Shown here piece after piece: positions 26,739 to 32,000 of a stretch of DNA of 32,000 nt (positions are counted from its first letter, which is position 1; every line of letters begins with the position of its first letter). A program made the translations under genes and the position numbers. The DNA comes from Brachybacterium halotolerans. GTDB taxonomy: Bacteria > Actinomycetota > Actinomycetes > Actinomycetales > Dermabacteraceae. The notes under the pieces were generated by a model that was given only the letters and a program-made list of their open reading frames with translations, was not told the origin of the DNA and searched no databases. The DNA lies in assembly GCF_016623465.1 (NCBI RefSeq), contig NZ_JAEDAJ010000010.1, positions 16,257 to 48,256 of the forward strand, in the 5' to 3' direction.

Positions 26739-27797
26739 TCAGAGCCCCCATGCCTGTGCGAGCAGCTCGTGGGAGCGGTCGCGATGCGCGGGGTCGAAGA
26801 TCTGGCCGGTGACGATGAGCTCGTCGGCCCCGGTCGCGCGGACGATGGATTCGAGCTGCGCGACGACCGTGCGCGGGGAGCCGACGGCGCGCACGGAGAG
26901 CGTCTGGTCGACCTTCGCGAGCAGCGCCGGGTCGGCGAGGCCCTCGAGATCCCGGGGCGGCTTCACCTTCGTGCGCTCGCCGCGCAGGATCCCCAGGAAA
27001 CCCTGCTGCGCCGAGGTGAACAGGTGCTGCGCCTCCTCGTCCGTGGGCGCGACCAGGACGTTCACGCCCACCATGGTGTGCGCGGCGTCGGTCTGGGCGG
27101 ACTCGGCGTCCGCGTCGAAGGTCCGGCGGTAGGCGTCCAGCGCCTGCTCGACCCCGAAGGGCGAGAAGTGCGAGGCGACGGAGAAGGGCATGCCGAGGCG
27201 ACCGGCGAGCTGTGCGCCGTTCGACGTCGAGCCGAGGATCCACATGGCGACCTCGGTGCCCTCGGCGACCGGGGCGGCGATCCGCAGGCCCGTCGGCTGC
27301 TCGGAGCGCGACCAGTCGCGCATCTGCTCGACCGCCGCGATGAATGCCTCCGGCTCGGCCGACGTGCGCGCGAGCAGCTGCGCGGTGAGCGGATCGGTGC
27401 CGGGCGCACGCCCGAGCCCCAGGTCGATGCGATCGCCGTGCATCTGGACCAGGGTGCCGAACTGCTCGATGACCGAGAGCGGGGAGTGGTTGGGCAGCAT
27501 GACGCCGCCCGAGCCCACGCGGATCCGCTCGGTCAGCTGCGCGGCCTGGCCGATGAGCAGGCTGGTCGCGTTCGAGGCCAGGGAGATCGTGTTGTGGTGC
27601 TCGGCGAACCAGTAGCGGGTGAAGCCCAGACGGTCGGCGAGCTGCGCGGAGCTCATCGCGTGGCCGATGGCCTCGCGGGCGTCCATCCCCTCGGAGATCG
27701 GGACGAGGTCGAGGATCGAGAGCGGGACGTGCGGGGTGCGCGACGCGGAGGATGCGGACGGGCCGCTGGGCCCAGGGCCGGGGGCGGGAGTGCTCAT
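26739..27797 (-). CDS. LLM-class (luciferase-like) flavin-dependent oxidoreductase, group-1/YhbW-like (second paralogue)
   Basis: It carries PLSILDLVPISEG, FTRYWFAEHHNTISLASNATSLLIGQAAQLTERIRVGSGGVMLPNHSPLSVIEQFGTL and DLGLGRAPGTD. The start is ATG 27797 or GTG 27848. Confidence 0.85.
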   Translation of the reverse strand: MSTPAPGPGPSGPSASSASRTPHVPLSILDLVPISEGMDAREAIGHAMSSAQLADRLGFTRYWFAEHHNTISLASNATSLLIGQAAQLTERIRVGSGGVMLPNHSPLSVIEQFGTLVQMHGDRIDLGLGRAPGTDPLTAQLLARTSAEPEAFIAAVEQMRDWSRSEQPTGLRIAAPVAEGTEVAMWILGSTSNGAQLAGRLGMPFSVASHFSPFGVEQALDAYRRTFDADAESAQTDAAHTMVGVNVLVAPTDEEAQHLFTSAQQGFLGILRGERTKVKPPRDLEGLADPALLAKVDQTLSVRAVGSPRTVVAQLESIVRATGADELIVTGQIFDPAHRDRSHELLAQAWGL

Positions 27798-27899
27798 GGA
27801 GCCGAGGCTACGCCGCGCCCGGCGCGGGGTGCTGGGCGCTGTGAGCACTCGAGCGTCGGCCCGGGGAATAGCGAGGTCAGCACCGCTTTCCTGCAGCGG

Positions 27900-28544
27900 T
27901 CACCAGGTCGGATGCTGGTGGCGCGCCGCCATCTGCGCGTACTGCGCCTGCACCCGCTGGTTGTGGTTCGAGGCCGCCGTGCAGCCCCAGATGATGCTCG
28001 CGATCCACGCTCCCACGCCGATCAGCGGGACCAGTCCGAACAGCACGGCCCCGATCCCCATCGTCAGCACCGAGAGGATGCCGAACACGATCGTCGAGAG
28101 GACCAGCAGGCCCACGGTGACGCCGATCAGGACGAGCGCCCCTGTCACGCTCGAGTAGAACACCCCGAAGACGCCGAAGAAGAAGGTGAGGACGAAGGCC
28201 ACGCCCACGCTCTTGAGCGGCATCACGGCCACCGGCACGGGCATCACGCCGGGCATCGGAGCAGCACCGGCACCGGGGTTCCCCGTCGGCGCGCCGTGGG
28301 GCTGGAGGGCGGATCCGGGCGGCGGTCCGCCGGGGGAGGAGTACGGGGCGCCCGCGGAAGGTGCCGCGCCGGCTCGCGGTGCACCGTGGGCGTGCTGTGC
28401 GTCGGGGACATGCTGTCCGTCCGCCGCGTACGGGTCGAAGCTCCGCTGCGCCGCGTCCGGGGCGTGATGGTGCACGACCTCGCCCGGGATCACGGGATGG
28501 GGTCCGCGGTGCGGATCCGGTCGGTCCCAGGGTGACTGGCTCAT
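27900..28544 (-). CDS. Hypothetical membrane protein: Pro/His/Gly-rich N-terminal half and 3-4 C-terminal TM helices (TM2-like)
   Basis: 214-aa ORF. The hydrophobic block is KSVGVAFVLTFFFGVFGVFYSSVTGALVLIGVTVGLLVLSTIVFGILSVLTMGIGAVLFGLVPLIGVGAWIASIIWG. A small hairpin (accgct-gcaggaa-agcggt) lies downstream. Confidence 0.6.
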   Translation of the reverse strand: MSQSPWDRPDPHRGPHPVIPGEVVHHHAPDAAQRSFDPYAADGQHVPDAQHAHGAPRAGAAPSAGAPYSSPGGPPPGSALQPHGAPTGNPGAGAAPMPGVMPVPVAVMPLKSVGVAFVLTFFFGVFGVFYSSVTGALVLIGVTVGLLVLSTIVFGILSVLTMGIGAVLFGLVPLIGVGAWIASIIWGCTAASNHNQRVQAQYAQMAARHQHPTW

Positions 28545-28605
28545 GAGTGCCCCTCGCTCGTCGTGCGCATGTGCTTGCGTCGCACCCTACGCGGACGCGC
28601 GGGTT

Positions 28606-29007
28606 TCAGGTCACGTATCGCGTCGGCTCGGCCTGCACGGGCAGGCCCGCCGCGGCCCAGGCGCGGAAGCCGCCTTCGAGGTCCGTGGCCCGGGAGAAGC
28701 CGAGCTCGCGCAGGTCGCGCGCGGCGAGCGAGGAGGAGAACCCTTCGTTGCACACGACGATGACGTCGTCGTCGTAGCTCGGCCCGTCGGCCATGCGGCT
28801 CGGGCTGAGGGGGTCCAGCCGCCACAGCATGACGGTGTGCTCGACCACGATCGCTCCGGGGATGTGCCCCTCGGCGTCGCGCGTCCAGGGCGTGCGCACG
28901 TCGATCACCCGGGCGCCGTCGCGCAGTGGCCCGGGCAGGTCGCTCGGTGCTACGCGCGCCGTGCCGCGCCGGGCCTCGGCGAGGATCTCCGCGATGCTGC
29001 GGGCCAT
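28606..29007 (-). CDS. Rhodanese-like domain protein (sulfurtransferase)
   Basis: 133-aa ORF. It carries VIDVRTP..W...GHIPGA, the catalytic-loop Cys in VVCNEGFSSSLAARDL, and the C-terminal GGFRAW. Confidence 0.8.
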   Translation of the reverse strand: MARSIAEILAEARRGTARVAPSDLPGPLRDGARVIDVRTPWTRDAEGHIPGAIVVEHTVMLWRLDPLSPSRMADGPSYDDDVIVVCNEGFSSSLAARDLRELGFSRATDLEGGFRAWAAAGLPVQAEPTRYVT

Positions 29008-29056
29008 GATGCGCCCCGGGGCGCCCGGACCCGAGACGGGCCGGGCGCGTCCGGTG

Positions 29057-30607
29057 TCAGCCGCGGCGGCCCGAGGAGAAGGCCGCGAGCCCGCCGGAGC
29101 GGCGCGACGAGCCCTCGCCCGAGCTCGAGGTCGAGTAGGAGGTCACCGAGCCGGAGCCCGAGCGGCCGCCGCGGCCGCGACCGCGCGAGCCCTGGCCCGA
29201 GCGCGATCCCTGGCCCGAGCGGCCGTCCTGGCCGGAGCGCGAGCCGTCACCGGAGCGACCGTCCTGGGAGCCCTGTCCGCGGCCGCCCTGGCCGCCGCGA
29301 CCGCGGCCCCCGGAGGAGCGACCGCCGCCGCTGCCGCGACCGCCCTGACCACGACCGCCGCCCTGACCACGACCGCCCTGGCCGCGTCCGCCGCCCTGCT
29401 GGGGCTGCTGTGCCGGGGCCGGTGCGGGTTCGGTGAAGACGCGCTCGCCGGGGGCGAGCTCGCTCAGCACGGGGCTCGTGACGACAACGCCCTCGTGCTG
29501 GGCCGGCGTGATGCGGGCCTTGCGCATGAGGTCGTGCACGTCCTTCTTCTGGTCGGGCGTGCGCACGGTGATCACGGTGCCGGAGCCGCCGGCGCGCGCG
29601 GTGCGGCCCGAGCGGTGCAGGTACGCCTTGTGCTCGACCGGCGGGTCCGCGTGCACGACCAGGGCGACGTCGTCCACGTGGATGCCGCGGGCGGCGATGT
29701 CGGTGGAGACCAGCGTGCTCGCGGTCCCCGAGCCGAAGGCCTCGAGGTTGCGGGTGCGGGCGCCCTGGGAGAGGTTGCCGTGCAGCTCCACGGCGGCCAC
29801 GCCCGAGCGGCTCAGCTTCTGGGCGAGCTTCTTCGCACCGTGCTTGGTGCGGGTGAAGAGGATGGTGCGTCCGGGCGCCGCCGCGAGATCGCGCAGCACG
29901 TCGAACTTCGCATCCGCGCCGACCTCGAGCACGTGGTGCTCCATCGTCGAGACCGGGCTGGTCTCCGGATCGGCCGAGTGGGTGACGGGGGAGTGCAGGA
30001 ACTCCTTGACGAGCTTCTGGACGCCCTGGTCCAGGGTCGCGGAGAACAGCATGCGCTGGCCCTTCGCGGGGGTCTTGGCGAGGATCCGGCGGACCATCGG
30101 CAGGAAGCCCATGTCGGCCATGTGGTCGGCCTCGTCGAGCACGGTGATCTCGACGGCGCCGAGGTCCACGTGGCCCTGGCCCATGAGGTCCAGCAGACGG
30201 CCGGGGCAGGCGACGAGCACGTCGACGCCACGGGCGATCGCATCGACCTGGGGCTTCTGGCCGACGCCGCCGAAGACGACGGTGCTGCGCAGGTTCGCGG
30301 CGCGCAGCAGCGGCGTCAGCGACTGGTCGATCTGGGCGGCGAGCTCGCGGGTCGGGGCCAGCACGAGGGCGCGCGGGAAGCGGCTGCGGCGCTTGCGCGC
30401 GTCCTGCTCGAGGCGGGCGACGAGCGGCAGGCCGAAGGCGTAGGTCTTGCCGGAGCCGGTGCGGCCGCGGCCCAGCACGTCGCGGCCGGCGAGGGAGTCG
30501 CCGAGGGTCGCGGACTGGATCGGGGTGGGGGTGGTGATGCCCTGCGGGGCGAGGGCGTCGATGAGGTGCGAGGGCACGCCGAGGCGCGCGAAGTCAGTGG
30601 AGGTCAC
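29057..30607 (-). CDS. DEAD-box ATP-dependent RNA helicase (RhlE-like) with a ~120-aa RGG/SRG low-complexity C-terminal tail
   Basis: GTG at 30607. The Q-motif region is FARLGVP..TPIQ. Other motifs are motif I GRTGSGKT, Ia PTRELA, II VLDEADHM, III SAT and VI HRSGRTARAG. The tail reads GGGRGQGGRGQGGGRGQGGRGSGGGRSSGGRGRGGQGGRGQGSQDGRSGDGSRSGQDGRSGQGSRSGQGSRGRGRGGRSGSG. Confidence 0.9.
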   Translation of the reverse strand: MTSTDFARLGVPSHLIDALAPQGITTPTPIQSATLGDSLAGRDVLGRGRTGSGKTYAFGLPLVARLEQDARKRRSRFPRALVLAPTRELAAQIDQSLTPLLRAANLRSTVVFGGVGQKPQVDAIARGVDVLVACPGRLLDLMGQGHVDLGAVEITVLDEADHMADMGFLPMVRRILAKTPAKGQRMLFSATLDQGVQKLVKEFLHSPVTHSADPETSPVSTMEHHVLEVGADAKFDVLRDLAAAPGRTILFTRTKHGAKKLAQKLSRSGVAAVELHGNLSQGARTRNLEAFGSGTASTLVSTDIAARGIHVDDVALVVHADPPVEHKAYLHRSGRTARAGGSGTVITVRTPDQKKDVHDLMRKARITPAQHEGVVVTSPVLSELAPGERVFTEPAPAPAQQPQQGGGRGQGGRGQGGGRGQGGRGSGGGRSSGGRGRGGQGGRGQGSQDGRSGDGSRSGQDGRSGQGSRSGQGSRGRGRGGRSGSGSVTSYSTSSSGEGSSRRSGGLAAFSSGRRG

Positions 30608-30963
30608 GGATTTCCGTTCTAGAGGACGCGGTCCCGCCCTGCGCGCTGCGGTCCGCTGGTCCGACGGGGGAGACCCGGTCGGCGTCCGACGGGCAGGGCC
30701 TGGGGACGTGCCCGACGGGGAGGCCCCCCGGGGCTGCGCGCGGACGGCGCGCCGCCGTCGTCGCGCAGTGCGCGGCGAGGCGCGGTGCCATGGCAGGTGG
30801 GACGGCACACGAAGCCACCAGCCTACGGCCGTCCTCGCCGTTCACCCTCATCTGCGGGTCCCGATGTGAGCAACGCACCTGGGGGGCGAGGCCGGCCGGT
30901 ATCCTCGGCGGATCACCGGGGCCGGGGTGGACGGTCCCCGGAACAGCAGGAAGGCGGTGCGCG

Positions 30964-32000
30964 ATGGCCAGGCGCGTGAGCATCAAGGACGTGGCGAAGG
31001 CCGCCGGGGTCTCGTGGAAGACGGTCTCCAACGTCGTCAACGACCGGCCCGTCGTGCGGCCCGAGACCCGTGAGCGGGTCGAACGGGCCATCAGCGAGCT
31101 CGGCTACGTGCCGAACACGATCGGCCGGGAGCTGCGCGGCGGCCCGACGCACACCATCGCCCTGGTGCTGCCCGAGCTCTCCAACCCCTACTTCGCCCAG
31201 CTCGCGCAGATGCTGCACGTCGCGGCCAAGGAGCGCGGGTACACCGTGAGCGTCGAGCTGTCGCTGGGCCGGGGCGAGGTCGAGCGCGCCCACGTGCGCG
31301 GACGCATCAGCCGCCCTGTCGATGCGGTCGTGATCTCGCCGGAGGCGCTGGACCCCGTCGAGATCCGGGACCGCGGGGACGGGCCGCCGCTCGTGCTGCT
31401 CGGCGAGCACCTGCTGAGCGCCGAGGGCGTCACCCACGTCGCCGTCGACAACGTCGAGGCCTCGGCCGACGTGGTCCGCCATCTGGTCGAGCGCGGCTAT
31501 CGCCGACCCGTCTTCCTGGGCGGGGAGTCCGAGCAGCGCTCGGCCGGCACTGACCGCCTCGCGGGCTTCCGCGCCGCCTGCCGGGCGAGCGGCATCGCGA
31601 GCGACCCGGAGCGGATCGCGCACGTGGGCGCGTGGGACATGGCCGAGGGGCGGCGCGCGGTGCTCGACCTCGTCCAGCGCGGCGTCGCGTTCGACGCGAT
31701 CTCCGCGGCCAACGACCAGCTCGCGATCGGCGCCCTCGCGGGCCTGCGCGAGTCCGGGCTCGACGTCCCCGGGGACGTCGGGGTGGTGGGCTGGGACGAC
31801 ACCCCCGGAGCGCGGCACGCCCACCCCGCGCTGAGCTCGATCGCCCCGGACCTCGACGACCTCATCGCCGCGACCCTCGACGCCGCGATCGGCCCGGGAG
31901 GTTCGGAAGGTCCGGGAGGATCGGGTCCCTGTGGGCCGGGTGAAGGGGCGCCCGGCGGGGGAGAGCACGTCGTCCCCTATCGCCTCGTGGCGCGCGAGAG
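30964..32000 (+). CDS. LacI family transcriptional regulator; the 3' end runs off the window (absent from the ORF track because no stop codon is reached)
   Basis: Translation from ATG 30964 gives MARRVSIKDVAKAAGVSWKTVSNVVNDRPVVRPETRERVERAISELGYVPNTIGRELRGG (the LacI HTH). It continues with ALVLPELSNPYFAQLAQ and AANDQLAIGALAGLRESGLDVPGDVGVVGWDD. The frame is open to base 32000. GGAAGG lies 10 nt upstream. Confidence 0.88.
   Translation, partial: MARRVSIKDVAKAAGVSWKTVSNVVNDRPVVRPETRERVERAISELGYVPNTIGRELRGGPTHTIALVLPELSNPYFAQLAQMLHVAAKERGYTVSVELSLGRGEVERAHVRGRISRPVDAVVISPEALDPVEIRDRGDGPPLVLLGEHLLSAEGVTHVAVDNVEASADVVRHLVERGYRRPVFLGGESEQRSAGTDRLAGFRAACRASGIASDPERIAHVGAWDMAEGRRAVLDLVQRGVAFDAISAANDQLAIGALAGLRESGLDVPGDVGVVGWDDTPGARHAHPALSSIAPDLDDLIAATLDAAIGPGGSEGPGGSGPCGPGEGAPGGGEHVVPYRLVARE

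Noticed and set aside
30865-30878. A lacO-like half-site, TGTGAGCaacgcac, upstream of the LacI-family gene
   Set aside because: The left half equals the lac operator half-site, but the right half is complementary at only 4 of 7 positions. The centre also lacks the CG typical of LacI/GalR operators. This is too weak to call an operator.
30913-31968. A 351-aa minus-strand ORF at the right end of the window
   Set aside because: It is antisense to a clear LacI-family gene starting at 30964. That gene is missing from the ORF track only because it reaches the window edge without a stop codon.

Overview
This is a high-GC (roughly 70% or more) actinobacterial chromosomal segment. The GroEL sequence and gene content look like Micrococcales, but that is an impression, not a computed result. 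I can support about 29 protein-coding genes and found no rRNA, tRNA, CRISPR array or IS element. Housekeeping genes: the 3' end of ppsA, a siderophore-interacting flavoprotein, treS, ung, a DUF3263 and LytR_C pair, groEL preceded by two tandem CIRCE operators, a rhodanese, a DEAD-box helicase with an RGG/SRG tail, and a LacI-family regulator running off the 3' edge. Two minus-strand operons stand out because almost every gene junction is an overlapping stop/start codon (ATGA or GTGA). (i) 10948-15027 encodes a DUF62-type SAM hydrolase followed by a dedicated ECF importer (S component, fused double ATPase, EcfT). I read this as a candidate uptake-and-cleavage system for SAM or another 5'-substituted adenosine. 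(ii) 16234-24942 is a seven-gene unit: GlcD-like FAD oxidase, class I/II aminotransferase, Tat-lipoprotein family-5 binding protein, two permeases, a fused double ATPase and a GNAT acetyltransferase. Its substrate is not predictable from the sequence. Smaller oddities are a 23-bp-arm low-GC inverted repeat in a convergent intergenic region, in-frame tandem repeats inside a signal peptide and inside a Pro/Gln-rich membrane protein, an orphan AbiEi-N-like gene with a Cys cluster, and phased repeats in the helicase leader. Many long ORFs in the six-frame track are antisense artefacts of GC-rich codon periodicity and are rejected. All functional calls come from reading motifs by eye. No database search was run.
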